64,000 bases of DNA, taken from NCBI RefSeq assembly GCF_009914755.1, contig NC_060928.1; one strand, given 5' to 3'. This document shows, piece by piece, positions 1 through 14,289 of the stretch; positions within the stretch are counted from its first letter, which is position 1; every line of letters starts with the position of its first letter. This DNA comes from the human T2T-CHM13v2.0 reference genome, Homo sapiens. The position numbers were made by a program, and so were the translations under genes. The notes below the pieces were generated by a model, which was not told the DNA's origin, did no database searches, and saw nothing but the letters and a program-made list of their open reading frames with translations.

Positions 1-144
1 ACAAAGTTGGGGTAACATGTCCAGACATAATAGTTTTCATGTTGCCATCCTTTATTATGGAAATGGTTAGGCAGTATGTCCTGGCCAGCACTCAGTAGTC
101 CTTTCAATTAATTTAAAGGGGCTACGACTTTTAAAATCAGGTAC

Positions 145-249
145 CTATACAGACTTTAAACCTTTCATCAAGCACATTTCTGGTTCCTGTTGACTTCAGC
201 AGAACTTGTTTTAGCACCAGTTTAACAACGATTGGTCATATTCAATGAC
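145..249 (-). pseudogene. Relic exon: VIEYDQ/(frameshift)IVVKLVLKQVLLKSTGTRNVLDERFKVCI
   Basis: Acceptor catcttcaag, donor G|gtacct. Phase-0 start matches the 1350-1418 exon; needs a 1-nt frameshift. Confidence 0.55.
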
Positions 250-1349
250 CTTGAAGATGAATTAGGGGGAGGGAACGGTTGGAGCAATCCATATGCATAT
301 TTCTATTTAAAGTTTAGTAAGCAGAAGTTAGGTGTTTCATAAGGGAGACTGAAGTTATAATAGAAAATAAATTTTTAAGCAACAATATAAAGGAAATATG
401 TGATTTCTTGGATGAGGAATAATGGGTTTGATCTTGAGTCTCAAATTTCCCATCTGAGTTATTTGCTGAAAGCCATATATTTAGGGTTTATTTCAGTGTG
501 TCTGTAAAATGGGAACAATTATTCCACCCTGCTCTACATTAGAAATAAATAACATATAAATGGACTTTGAGATCATAAGATGAAGGGCTATATAAATGTA
601 AATGATTCAAAATCATTTAAAATGAACCCAACTGAAATTGTAGTTTTAAAAAAGATTCTCATAAATGAATTAAATCAATTGAAGTAAAAATATTACAATA
701 CATTATAAAGGAATTGCTTTTGAGAAGTTGAGCTTTAATGACTATGAAAAATTAGAGAAAATGCAGTAGATTAATTCACATTTAAGACATGGCTGTTATT
801 GTATCAATCTCAAGTTAGAACCAGTATTTCCTGGAATTTCAAATGACCATTTGTTAATATATGGGGGAGAATTCTGTATATGGGCCATAATGTAAGTACA
901 CAACATTATTATTCATTCCTCTATTCAAATAACACAGCTTTTATTATGTGCCTCTTGTGTTCTAAGCAACATGCTAGGCCCTAGGAATGCCATAGGGAGA
1001 AAAAAGGAGTCCAGGACCTAGACTCACGCTGTCACGGAGATGTCTTGAGTTCTCTTTTATGGCAGAAAGAAGACCTATCAAAATGTCAACAGAAAACATG
1101 AAGCGAGAGGGCGGACATCATCATGTAAAAAGGTTTCGGGATTTCATTACTGAGTTCCAGAACATGGACTCAACATGAGAAAATGTAGAGTGTGGCCATT
1201 GGACAAATTAATGAGCATGTTGCTGTAGTTTCTTCTGCCTTTTTTTTTTTCTCAGCTTGTCTACACTACCTAGAGCATCAGTGCTGAGAATAAAACAGAA
1301 ATGACAAGTCTGAGTTGCTTTGTAACTAGATATACAAGGGGCTGATCAC

Positions 1350-1418
1350 CTTAGAGGATTTGCGAATCCTGGAATGTTGAGATAGGAGCACCTCGATGTT
1401 ATTTTTCAGCTCTTCCAC
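1350..1418 (-). pseudogene. Relic exon: VEELKNNIEVLLSQHSRIRKSSK
   Basis: ttcacctttcag|GTG...AAG|gtgatc; 69 nt, phase 0-0, the only open frame. Confidence 0.7.
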
Positions 1419-1687
1419 CTGAAAGGTGAAATCCATTAGAAGGATTTGAAGACAACAGAGAAGGTTTTTCACCCTCATCTGAGAAAGGCAAAAAAATTCA
1501 TGTCTAGCTAATCTCATGGAAAATGAGGAAACTTATTTGTACAGTTTTAATAATCTTCTCTATGCTGATCATTAGGACAAAGGGCTAAATGTATTGCTTG
1601 GATCACAGACAACCCATTTTTGTTTTTTTATCATGCCTCACACAAAGTTTTAGCCTCTTTTCTATTTGAAAAATGGAGTGGAAAGGT

Positions 1688-1842
1688 GGGCGGGGATCAT
1701 TTCCCTTAACATCTTTTAGTTGTTATGAAGTCTGTTGAGATACTACGTCAAATTTTCTCCTCTTTCTGAAGTAACCCTGGGTCCTTTCCGAAGATACTGG
1801 GAAATTTGTAGAGACCAAAGAGTATCTCTCACTTTGACGTCA
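1688..1842. promoter_or_regulatory. GC box (1688-1695) and full CRE TGACGTCA (1835-1842)
   Basis: Exact motif matches with CpGs retained in otherwise CpG-poor DNA; function not shown. Confidence 0.25.
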
Positions 1843-3739
1843 TGTGCTGGCATTGTTTAATGCTGAACCGTTTAGAAACTAGTGAAGTTGTATAATTCAC
1901 TTGGATTTTCTTGCTGGTTATTCCTAGTACAATTTACCTTGTTAATTTGTTCTTAATGAGTTCATCAGCAATGATTTAATACAACACTGAGGAACAGCTT
2001 TCTTTAGTCTTTAACTCGCGACAGTTCCCCTTCTATTTGGCAGTACATTAATGGAAATGGAAAATTGCCTCATTCTAAATGTCAGAATAATACTGCACCA
2101 AAAACAATTCAGTCATGTCTTTCAAACCACGCACATATGGTTCATCACCAAATGTCACTCTTCTATTTCCCCCTTCCCCCCATGCCCTCCCCGCGCCTGT
2201 ACCTTCCCTCTGTCTTTCTTTCCATTCGCCTGTCTCTGGTGATAATTGTTTGGATTAACTTTCCAATATCTTTACATCAGCTTTATTTCTCCTGTTGTCT
2301 GTATTTGTTAACAGTCCAGGAAGCAGTTCTCCTTACACTAGTTTTACCTAGATCCTTGGAATTGGCAGAGTTCACAGATCAGGTGACAGCTACTCCTTTT
2401 AATATCACAAATGTCTTTCATCTGCTCTCAAAAATGAAAAAAAAGTTTCTGTGAAGTTTCTTCAAAATAATTTTTTGTGCATATTTTTGGCCTGTTTGGT
2501 AAAGGTCTCTGTGTAAAGCTATGTTCCCCACTCTATCTACATTAGGGCAATTCTTTTCTTCCTAGCACTATATTCAAGCAAATTTCTTTCTAAGATGAAT
2601 GCTTTTATTATGAATATCTTAATTGTGATTTATTGGGCAAGTTCATAATGAGAACATCCAGCACAGTTTCACTTGCACTTAAGGATACAAACTTTTAATT
2701 GCAAATCTCAATTCACTAACACTTAAAGGACGTTTCAATAAATTTTAAAAATTAATCTATATGCTAAGCTACCTAAAGTCTGTCCATTTTTTTAAAGGAA
2801 AAGCTAAAAGATAAAGCAATTTTCAAAGTTATCAAACATCAGCTTTCATGGGTTAACATATGATGCGTATCTTAAATGATAAATTTCTCTTTCTGTAAAG
2901 GGCCCCTTCTTCAGATATTATTGGGGGGAAACCATTTGAGAAAAACACTCCACTCTCAATTGTATATTTTTAATATTTTTCTATTTAAGGTACTTGTCTG
3001 AAAATAGAATTTTGAATCTTACCTTATTGGTTTGCTTTTTATTTCTATCAGAAATCCAACTTGCCTGTGAAGTATGAATATTTTAATTCAAGTAAATGTC
3101 TTCTGCAAAAGGAAGATCTCTTGTTTAAACAGTCAGCAGATAATCAGAGTGTGACCCACAGTTTTGTGTTACAGAGGTAGGGTCAGAAAGCTAAAGAACA
3201 TTATTTCATTTCTCTGTTTTTCTTTTTCATCTAGTGGTATTAAGAGGGTTGCTATTCCTTATTCTGTAGAAACTATATGATATCATGATAATTTGTTTTT
3301 CCATGATTTACTTAGCATCTACTATGTGGCAGGTGCTTTACACAGGTTATTTAATCTGAGAAGTAGGTTTAGGAACAGTTTTCTCAGAGGTTTAAAAAGT
3401 TGTCTGACATTCCAGAGATGGTATGTATGGGAACATGTGCTTATCTGATTCCACATTTTTTTCTGTTATTTGTACTATTTACTTTAGAGTAGAAAAGGAT
3501 GTAAAGAGTCTATTCTCCATTGCTCCTCATTGTCAATAGTCATCAAGCCCTACTAGAATGCTGCTGGTGACGCAGGGCTCATGTATTCCTAAGGTAGGCC
3601 GACTATTGCTGAACAGCTGTAATGACAGAGTATGACTCATTATCTTCAACTGAAGACTGTCCTTCTATACTTTTGCCTGTTGCTTTTCCTCTACCTTTAA
3701 TAATAGTGTAATCAGTCAACTCCTTCCACTACATGATAC

Positions 3740-3867
3740 CTTCAGCTATTTGAGGCCTCTACTGATTCCCTGAATTGATCTCTCCTCTGTGCAAAATTTT
3801 TCCAAATCATTGCTTCCAGATCCTTCAGGGGCCTCCAAAATAAACTCAGAATGGGGCACACTGAAAC
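3740..3867 (-). pseudogene. Relic exon: VSVCPILSLFWRPLKDLEAMIWKNFAQRRDQFRE/(frameshift)ISRGLK*LK
   Basis: ttctacactggtccag|GTT...AAG|gtatca; 128 nt, one base short of a phase 0-0 exon. Confidence 0.65.
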
Positions 3868-3937
3868 CTGGACCAGTGTAGAATAAAATAGGGTTTAATT
3901 TGCATCTTATATTTTTTACATGTAGACTCAAATGGTT

Positions 3938-3968
3938 GTGTGTGTGTGTCTGTGTGTGTGTGTGTGTG
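3938..3968. repeat. (TG)n microsatellite
   Basis: Seen directly. Confidence 0.95.
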
Positions 3969-5204
3969 CATGCACTTAAATTATATGTTAAGTTTGGAAT
4001 CAAGTAGAAAACAAATAACAACATAAATTTCTAGCAACTAGATCGACCTTTCTGTATTAATGTGATCGACCTTTTGAACTCAGCATGAAACTTTACACTC
4101 TTACTATAACTTTATACACACCAACTTGGCCAATCAATATATTTGTAAATTATTTCCATCATTTGACGATTAAATTTTTCTTTGGCCTGTGGCTTTCTGA
4201 CATCCTCATATTTCACAGAATTTTTTCCCTTTATTGTCAGTCAAGTAATTGATAAAAGTGTTGAGCTAGGCTATGTGTAAAACAGATTCCTAGAACATGA
4301 CCCCATGTGCTTTTCTTGGGCATACCTCCAGGTCAGCCCATCTGATTGGCTATAATTCTAGGGTTCCCTGAGTCATCCTGAACCCTGCAGAGATAATGGG
4401 AACTGCCTCAGAGGCCTCCGCCTGTAACTGTCTGCAGACACCACGTCAGCCATCTTCTCTAATAATCTTTAGTTGTTGTTGTTGCTTTTTCTTTTTGTTT
4501 TTGTTTTTTAAAACCATGTGGTAAGAATAGTTGTTTAATTTTTAAAGCGACATCTGGATATTAGCCTTCCTCACATTATTCTTACGTACTGTTTGTTCTT
4601 GGCTCTTTCTGTATCTATTCATCTTTGGTTTTATGGCCCATTTCTTTGCACATTAATTTATAGGTTAAGTAAAACACACAAAACATATTCATTTACTGGG
4701 AACTTTCTATGTGTATTCAAAAACGCATGCTAGGTGCTGCGGATACTTCTAAGACTTGCTCTCTGGAGCTGGCTTTTATAGCAGAGTTCAAAACATTGCA
4801 CCATGCATGGATGCAAAAGTTTCTTCAGATTCCTACTTTTTTTCTTTCTCAAAGAATGTCTAAGCGTTCTCTAGATTGTGGGTCAGAGCTCCATGCTTTA
4901 CTCGCTTTCACCCACTGCTTGGCTCGTGGCGGGTGCTTGTTACACATTTGTGGATCTCAGTCTAATGGAATTCTGATCCCTTGTGTTTGTCTTCATTAGA
5001 TTTTGACTTCTGAACTCTCCACACTTCTTAATCTTTCTTCCTTTTCTGAATTACTAATCTTGGGATGATACCTCCTCTTTTTTGTTTTTGTTTTTCTCTT
5101 TTAAAATTTTGTGATTTATAGATTGGGGTTCATTTGCCTTGGTTTGTTACCCACTTTGTGATTTTCACAGTGATTGTGACTCAACCATGACAGCAGAATT
5201 ATGA

Positions 5205-5478
<274 letters not shown>

Positions 5479-6408
5479 AGATCACCAATAACATTCTTTC
5501 TCAATGCTCAAAATCAAGTACCTGTGTAAATAGTTCAAGATGCAGAAGATATGATCATTTCAATCACATCAACAGTAACTAATAACAACAAGCAAGCAAG
5601 CAATTCAAATCAAAGGGGTACTTCTGAATGTTAATGTTCTTTCTTAATTCAGAAAAACAGTCCTAACACTTCTTGAGTGCCCCTTCTCTGCCAAGCACAG
5701 TCAGATCTATGTTTATTTGAGTTATATGTAAAGTATACAAAAGACATTTTGGTAGTCTGTTGTTTGAAGGAAATTATATTGTTGGCACAGGCTAGTTAGG
5801 GAGAAGAATGGTAAATTTTTATTTTTGCCTCAATTAGAAGGAAGTTTGATTCTCTTTGAAGGTTTCAGAAAATGTGATTGATTTAAAATTTAACTCGTTT
5901 TTTTATTTATATGGATATGTATACATAATGAGAGTTTAGTAGTACTAAATGACGACAAAGATGAGTTTTTAAAAAAAAAAAATCAAATACTTCATTTCCT
6001 GGTTTTTGCCCTGACCAGAAGATCAAGTACGCAAATAAAACTATAACACATCTCATGATTATTGTGAACTAGCTGGAACCAGCATATATCAGAGGTCAGA
6101 AGCTTAGCCTCATAAACAATTTTAAGAGCAGAGAGTTTCAGGTTACATCATAATTTCATGGGTACGTACCCACAGTGTGTCCCCACACCTTAGACTGAGA
6201 ACTTTTTCCTGTCAGGTAAGTTCTTTGGCTATAAAAGGTCACGTGTAGTGAACAGAATGCTGTACTAGGTGTCAGGGGAGCTAGATTTTATGACTTGCAC
6301 TGGAGGGCGTGTTGAATTTGTTACAATAGACCGCTGGAGAAGGACAGGTGAGTCAGGTCTAATAAGACTGACTAAGGCAAGAGGCCTGGCATCTAAAATA
6401 TACTATCC

Positions 6409-6858
6409 GTACTAGTTTCCTTGGGCTGTCTTCACAAATTACCACAAACTTGGTAGCATAACATGTTGGAAATATACTCTCACAGTTCTGGAGGCCAGAA
6501 GTCCAAAATCAGGGTTATCAGCGAGGCCATGCTCCCTCTCAGGCCCTGGAAAAGAATGCTTCCTTGCTTTTCTAGTTTCGGGTGGCCCCAGGCATTCCTT
6601 GGCTTGTAGCTGAGCTGCATCACTCCAGTCTCTGCCTACTTCTGTTTTCACATGACCTTCCTCTCTGTGTCTCTGTGTGTCCTTTTCTGTCTGTAATTAT
6701 GACATTCTTATTGGATTTAGGGGCCACACTAATCCAGTATGATCTCATGTCAATTTTTACCTAAGTATGTTTGCAAAGACTCTATTTCCAAATAAGGGTC
6801 ACATTCTAAGGTTCCAGGTGGATGTAAAATTTTGGGGGACACTATTCCACCCACTACA
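6409..6858 (-). mobile_element. MLT1 (B/C-like) MaLR solo LTR
   Basis: Motifs aaattaccacaaact, cacagttctggaggccagaagtccaaaatc, ctatttccaaataa. Confidence 0.85.
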
Positions 6859-7391
6859 GTATCTAAAGATATATAGGAACTATTTTGATTTCGGCCAGTT
6901 TTAATTCATTTCTTGATTCATTGATTCCACAAATATTTATTGAAGACCTGTTATGCACCAGACACAGTGCTCGGCAGTGAGGATGGCTTCCATAAACAGA
7001 CACAATATCTTTCTGGAGCTTACTGTCTAGAAGCATCCAAAGGATGCCACTCAGGTAGATGTGATGCTGCTGCACATATTCTTAAAGTGAATCTCCAAAT
7101 TTTCTTGATCATACATATTTTTTAGCACATCCTTCTAAGATAAATATCTCCATTCATTTATTCAATTACTATATAGACTACTTTACTAGTGCATATTAAT
7201 AGACATTTGAAAAGGATCAATGTAATAAAAATAAATAGACATGTGACTATTGTCTTTTGCACCTTAATCAGTCATTTTGCAAATCAAGAATGCTATCTAG
7301 ACACTTGTTAACATTCTGAGTCTTGGGAACAATGTCTTAGTTCTAGATGATTTCTTCTGTTTGGAACAACAGCCCAGTCAGAACTGGCAAC

Positions 7392-7481
7392 CCAAAAAGG
7401 AAGCAGTAGCCTTTGGGATATTGGAATAAGTTGGAATATTAACCTATTCCAATATCCCAAAGGCTACTGCTTCCTTTTTGG
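7392..7481. repeat. Inverted repeat, 41-bp arms (1 mismatch), 8-nt spacer
   Basis: 7392-7432 is the reverse complement of 7441-7481 at 40/41 positions. Confidence 0.97.
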
Positions 7482-7979
7482 AAGGATGCAATATGGTGTC
7501 AGCACTTTCCCTCAACCCCAAAGGCTGACTGAGGCTCATGCAAGGCTTCAATCACACCAGAAGGAATGGAATGTAAACAGGGGAGGCTGAGGGCCATTCA
7601 TAAGGATTTAATAATCATGGCAAGGGTTGGGGGAAGTCTGAAGATTATAGGTCTGCAGGTACTTGAGACCTGCAGTGGGCAATGGGTACTTGGATTCTGG
7701 ACAGAGCTCCAAGTATACTTCCTACCTCAGTTAGGATTGGCTTGAGATTTGGGTGTGGCTGAATCCATGGGGTGAATTCCTTTGCATTTGAAACTTGAGA
7801 AGATGGAAATGCAGAGACTGACACTGTTTCTGCCTCTGAATAACTTTATGACTTTATAAGAGAAATTTAATCCCATAGGCCTTACCCCAGTAAAATGAAA
7901 ATAGTAACACCTAAACTATGTGACATCAGGGATTTAGATCAGGAAATCTTTTGAAATATCTTCCAGAAATAAGACTTAC

Positions 7980-8069
7980 CATCATAAGATTATGGTATGT
8001 TTCAGTAAGTTAAATGTTTGCAGAGAGACTGTTGACTCTTCTGATGAAGACAGTTAAAAATCTCACACT
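7980..8069 (-). pseudogene. Relic exon ending ...LTETYHNLMM
   Basis: ctccttctatttag|AGT...ATG|gtaagt; 90 nt, phase-0 end fits the 3867 exon. Confidence 0.7.
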
Positions 8070-8174
8070 CTAAATAGAAGGAGCATTTTCAAATTCATTT
8101 ATTCATGGACTCAGGAGTGTCACAGAGAACATGAGGCTGTGTCATGTTTTCCTAAAGAGGTGTGGTTGACTCAC

Positions 8175-8300
8175 AAGTGACTATATTTGAAGGAATTTTC
8201 CAGAATAAACAGAGCTATCAATCCTGTCTTCACTGATACCATGTTGTTTGAGCGGGAGCAGTGCTGGGATGGCCCACTGGATTCTGAGTAGAGAGATCTG
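8175..8300 (-). pseudogene. Relic exon (ancestral frame ambiguous)
   Basis: cccctatttctcag(cag)|...CTT|gtgagt; 126 nt, NAGNAG acceptor, 105-nt intron to the next exon. Confidence 0.7.
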
Positions 8301-9997
8301 CTGAGAAATAGGGGTAATAAATACATGTTTATTAAAAATAGGCAATATAAGGGGTGGGAAAAATAATGCAATGGTTAGAAGAATTTGATTCCCACTTATT
8401 ATTGAGGCTATCCATTTCAATATTCCCATGAAAGGATGTTCTGCTCATTTTCAGCTATTGTGTTCATCAATGGAAATACAATCATAACATCATATTAACA
8501 TTTTGGTGCTTACTTTCTATAAGAAGTGAAATACCTAGATACTCTTCTGAATAATTTTTCTTAATAAAAATTACAGGAGCATTACAGCTAGATGGACATT
8601 GGATTAGAGAGCAGGAGCTCCAGTTCTGCCCTGGCCCTGCTGCTCATTGAACTCACACCTTCCATTTCTTAGGGAGAGTCCCTTTCCCCCTCTGAGTCTC
8701 TTTTTCCTTTATTTTAAGGTAAAGGGACTAGAGTAGATATTTGGTAAGTTTCCCAGTGTAAATAAATATCCTGAGTTTTTGAGTTACTCTTATGTACTCA
8801 GGTTGAGTTCAATTCTTCCACCTCTCATCTGCCTGACTCAGTTGGACAATTATCTTTCCATTAACACTTTACCTGTGGGACAGCCACCTGCTCTCTTCTT
8901 AATGTCCTTACTCTATTCTCCATATACTATGAAAATCAATCAGGATTTGATACAGTGAAAATACTAGTGATTTCAAGCAGTGTTTAATTCAGGGCATTTG
9001 ATGCTCGTAGGATAGGAGGAACGGAAGTTAGAAGGCAACTACTGGACTATTGATTTGGCAGTCACAGCACCATCACTGCTATCCAGAGATCAGAAACTGC
9101 TGCTGCTGCTGCCCCACTTGCTCCCATACCCATGAAGCTGGTGACCAGACTCTGAGACATGAGGCCCAGTCACCACAAACTACTAATGATAGAGGCAGGA
9201 ACATGGTTGCCACCTCCCATTAATTTTAAACTGTTGTGCAAGTGCATCTGGTATGCCCTAGCTCAGATTTAGAAACTTAGCTTTTTAAGTGTCTGTGGGA
9301 ATTATTGGAATCAGTTTTTTAATTTCTTCAAATAGAGGGAGAGTAGAGCTGTGGTTGGGAAGGCCAATCCAAATGCATCAAAGCGTGTATAATACTTGAC
9401 ACACTGTGCTCATTTACTTTACCTATAAGTTCCTGCCAGTCTGCAAGCCCCTCAAGGGCAGGTGCCATGTCTTATTAACCTTTGTATCAATGAGTTAAGG
9501 AGAGAACACAGCTTGAACATAGTGTAGTCCATTAAAAAAATGTGGATTAACAGTAAACAATGAGAAAGAAAGAAACAAGCTAAATGATGAGCTGATAAAG
9601 TCTCATAGGGAGGCCAGTGAAGACCAGTGCAGTCAGGAAACCTTATAAAAAGGAGTAAACCTCAACATGAATCTTGAAGACCATAGAATTTGGGTGGATC
9701 CAAGGATAAGGATATGATATTCCTTTCTTGTTAAGAGAACCCAATAATTGGTTCCCTGGATGCCTGCAGCTACCTCTTCTCAGGAATTTTCTTACATACA
9801 AAAATATTTTTCATTTATTCATTAATTCATTTAGCAAATATTTATTAAGCAGCTACTATATCTGCCATCTATTTTTCCAGAGACTGGAGATTTGGAGATA
9901 CAGCAATGGACAACACAGACAAACAAAACAAAATGTGATTAGAAAAGTATTGACATTTAGTAGATAAGGCAGATGTTTTCAAATGTTGATTCATTGT

Positions 9998-10073
9998 TAT
10001 ATATATATATGTATATATGTATGTGTATATATATGTATATATGTATGTGTATATATATATGTATATTTGTATC

Positions 10074-10106
<33 letters not shown>
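9998..10106. repeat. (TA)n/(TATG)n compound microsatellite
   Basis: Seen directly. Confidence 0.95.
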
Positions 10107-11965
10107 TTTAGATTTTGGAAAGTGTGTGTGATTAAATAATTCTTCCTTTTTTCCCTCTTACACATTTTGTTCAAATGGTTCCTCTTATATTTGGCAAGTA
10201 GAAATTATTATATGGTCCTGTCTTAAGGCTTCACTGTCTAAATAGGTAATAGTTACGTTTCACCTTAGTAGATATTAACGCAGTTGTGGAGAGGAAGGTA
10301 ATAACACATTCAGTAAGGAACATACAGTGTGTTTGGTCTCTCTAGTCCCCATGCGATTTCCCACCTTTTGGAAAACATGAGCTAAACAGGGAATATAGTA
10401 GGAAGAGTTTAATTTTGGATTTATGTAAATATTTTGTTCAAAGCCAAAATAAAACCTTTCTAGAAAATGCTAAATGAGTTCAGACTTATATCTGTCTCCA
10501 ATAAATATATCCCCACCCAATATGCTAATGTATTTGCATAGTAAGTTCAAGTGTATCCTCCCTCCTTTGATGAGTGTCACATGCCTTATCTAGACTGTAA
10601 CTCTCCCAGAGCAGCAACCATATCAGCTCTGTGAGTGCCACCTCAACTTTTCCTTACTCTGCCCACCCTAAAACTCAGCAGTCACTTTTCTGCCTATGTC
10701 GTATTATTGTGTGATTATTCTATGCATTCTTATTATCACTTTGGCATTTTATTCCTATGTAGCAAACTGGAAAAAGGCTTCCCTATATGCCTAATCTTTT
10801 ATAAAAGTGCTAAACAAAATGCGTTTCTTTAGGGCAAATTCCTGGGTAAAAGACTGTTTATTCAGTCGGAGAGGTAACATTGATTTTAACTTAGAAAGGA
10901 TAATCCCACGTTGAGGCGTGTATGTATGTTTTATATTCTACCTTTGGAAAAAAGTATTTAAAGCAAATTAATTATGCTGTTATATGGAGTCAGTTATATC
11001 TTTAGTTATTACCATTTCTAGTGTGTAATCTATTATTATTTGGTAAAGAAATTCTTATAAATATAAAACATACAAAATAAAAGAAATAAAATATTAGCCC
11101 CCAAGCAACAAACAGTGTTATTATTTTAATGTATTTCTTTCTAGTCTTCTCCTGTAGTAAATGACATAAAAGAAAGAAATCACAGTATGCATTCTTATAC
11201 CATTTTTTAGATTGGTACAAATGGTGCCTTTCCCCCATAGGTTATTTTTGGACATACTACTGTTCTCTTATGGCTCCCACTCAGGGCTATTTCTGTTTTA
11301 TAACAATTGGGGTCATCACTTCAGACTTTACGCTTTGGGAAGATCCATAATGCAATGGAGGGTAAATTCCTGAAACTTCTGGGAAATAACTGGAAGAGAA
11401 GTATGTAATCCCAAATGAGGATTAAAACTACCTGAGACCCTCCTACAGTTATATTCAGCAGGTATCATTTTGTTGTGTAAGGGAGGTCAGGGGAGACAGT
11501 CTTCAACTTCTTTTAACTTATTTTTTTTCCAGATTGCAGTCCTTGAGCTTTATGTTGTCATTTTGAAAAAATATTGTCTTCTTTTCCCTTGATATTGCTT
11601 TTGCTCCGATTCACTTGAATACATGTAAGGGAGTATTTGTATAGTGGGGGCATATAAAATACTGTACTGCTTTTCATACCCTCAGTTAGGCTGGATTCTA
11701 TCAGTTTATGATTCTATCAGTTCATGCTCATCTCTGCACTCCCCAGAACTTTCTCTAGAGATGTTCACGTAGAATGGAGAATGTGATCGCTGCTTATTCA
11801 ACCAGCCTCAAGCCCTGTGGCCATCTCTGGAAAATTATATATTACAGTTACTGTCTCTATTCTTACATTTTTCCAAAAACCTGTGATTTATCTGCATCTA
11901 GCGTATCAATCAGTGCAGCACACTTGTGTGCATTTTCTGATGTTAGAACTATAATTATTAGCTTT

Positions 11966-14289
11966 TGTGGTAGATTGTTTACAAAGAGGGAGACAGTTGT
12001 TCTCATTCTTACACATACACCTCTTTGCAACATGACATGGCTGCTTCTTCCATCAAGATGTGCAGTTTATTTCTGCACCCTTTGAATATGAGCTTGGTAT
12101 GTGACTTGCTTTGGCCAATGAAATATTAGCAAATGTTATGCAAAAAGAAGCTTAAAAAGTGTTTGTGCACTTGAGCCTTACCCTCTGTTCCTGGAAAGCT
12201 GTTGTCATGTGAACAAGCTCGACCCACCATTTTGAGGATGAGAGGCAATCTGGAGAGAGGCCCAGCTGTCCCAGGCCAGCTCTGCCTCAAATTTCTGAAA
12301 GAGCTCGTCCTAGACCATTCAGCCCCAAGCTGAGCCAATCCATACCAAAATATTACCCAGTCATCCCACAAAATCGTGGTAAAAAAAGAGATGCTTTTTT
12401 TTTTTCTCTGAGCCAGTTTCTCAGGGGAGTAGTTTATTATGCAGTAAAACTTAACTGACATAGAAATTGCTACCAGAAGTGGGAGGCTGCTGTAATAAAA
12501 ACCTAAAACATGTAGAGGTGGCTTTGGGATCAGACAGCAAGTGGAGGCTAAAAAAGCAGTGAGGAAATTTCTACCAAAGTGTGAACAACAACAACAAAAA
12601 GGCAAACAAGCTGTTAGCGGAGGCTAGAAAAGTGGTGAGGAAACCACAACAGAAGGTTGGAAAGATGGTAATTCATGTTACATTGTTGCAAAAGAATTGA
12701 CAAAACTGTCACAGATTAAAAAATGTATGCAATAAATTTATAGATAGGACTAAGAAGATCTTATGGCAAAATGGGGAAAGTGTCTGTTTGCTTCTGCTAG
12801 TTGCACCTGATGTGAAACTGTGAGAGAAAGATGAGCTAAATAAATAACTATTTGGCAAGCAGAATTTAGAGGTATACAAAGAAGACAAATTTGCTGTATT
12901 GGAAAATAAAACTATTTTTTATTTCCAGTTTCTCCAGCCAGCAAAAGATTTTCAAAACAAGAAATATCTTTGGGAATAAGGATAACATAAGGGTATGGCT
13001 ATAAGCTCCTTTTTAAAGCCCTCTGATAGATTTAAGATGGTGCCTAGTAGACATTCAGCCAGGCAAAGGAGCTTTCAGTAATTTTAAGGGCATTCTCCCA
13101 ATCAGCCTGAAATGATACCCAAATAAGAGAGATGCCTATTTCCAAAGAAGGTGTGGGTTTGGCTTTTGGGGTATGGAGTGCACTTGACTTTGCTTTATGG
13201 GGGAATTCACAAAGCTTAATGAAAGCACTGCCAGCTTTTGCTAAAAAGGACTGAAGCAGTTTAAAACCAAAGGAGGTCTGTGGGCCCAAACTTTCTATGG
13301 GTAGAATTCAGGCTTTTTAAGGGTATAGCCAAGAGCAGCACAGAACAATGAACTTGGAAACAAGTCTTGGGAGCTAGAATTGGGCCCTAATTAAGGAACA
13401 TTTCCTGTTCTAATAGTTGAGGTCCTTAAAATTTGCCTGGCAGGATCTCACAGTAGTTATGAACCGGTGACTGCTTTGTGCCAGTGTTCTTCCCATTTCA
13501 AGTGGGAGCGTTTATTGCTGTTACCTGTCCCTTCTCACTGTTACATGTTGTATGTGTGTGTGAAGAAGGCAGCTAACTTTAGTGGATAAGTCTTTGGATT
13601 AAGAGGAGCTGAACCTGAAGAGCTACGCCTAAAGAGACTCATCTATATCTGGAACTGATTTCGATGAAGATCCTTCAAGCCTGATACCATCATGGGATAT
13701 GACTTTCGTAGAAGACAGAGATTGTATTTTGCCTGTGCAAAGCAAGTTCATTTTGTGACCTGAGGGCAAACTGTGGTTGGTTGCTTGCAAAGCTGGCCAC
13801 AGTACTTCCTCCTATGTTTTATGCACATTCCTTTATAACGAGATTTTGCCACTCTTCCCATCAGGAAGTGGAGTTTAATTCTTCATCCCTTGAGTCTGGG
13901 CTTAGCCAAATGACTTCCTTGGCCAATGGGACATGAAGAAATAGGATGTAAGCCAAGGCTTGTATTATAAAGTGCTTGGTGACTAGGGATTCTTCCTTGT
14001 TGCTGCAAATGTCACCATCAAACAAGGATGCAAAGAGTCTGAAGTAGCCTGTTGGAGAGACCACACGGAAGAGAGCCTCAGAGTTGACAGAAATGGGAGT
14101 GAGGCCATCTTGACCATCCAGCTCTGGCTGAGCCACATGAATGAGAACCAGATGAGACAGCAGAACTGCCCAACTGATTCTAGTCCAAATTGCCAATCCA
14201 CTGAATTATGAACTAACTAATAAGTAATTTTTGCTTTAAACCACTAAGTTTTGAAGTGGTTTGTTATGCAGCAAAAGCTAACTGATACA
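11966..14289 (+). mobile_element. Two-LTR MLT1 (G/H-like) MaLR provirus with internal region
   Basis: LTRs at about 11966-12460 and 13772-14289 (tgtgg...aactgataca); internal start tagaaattgctaccagaagtggg; TSD GCTTT/GATTT. Confidence 0.8.

Noticed and set aside
5521-5578. Possible extra minus-strand exon
   Set aside because: Weak acceptor, stops, and phase incompatible with its neighbours
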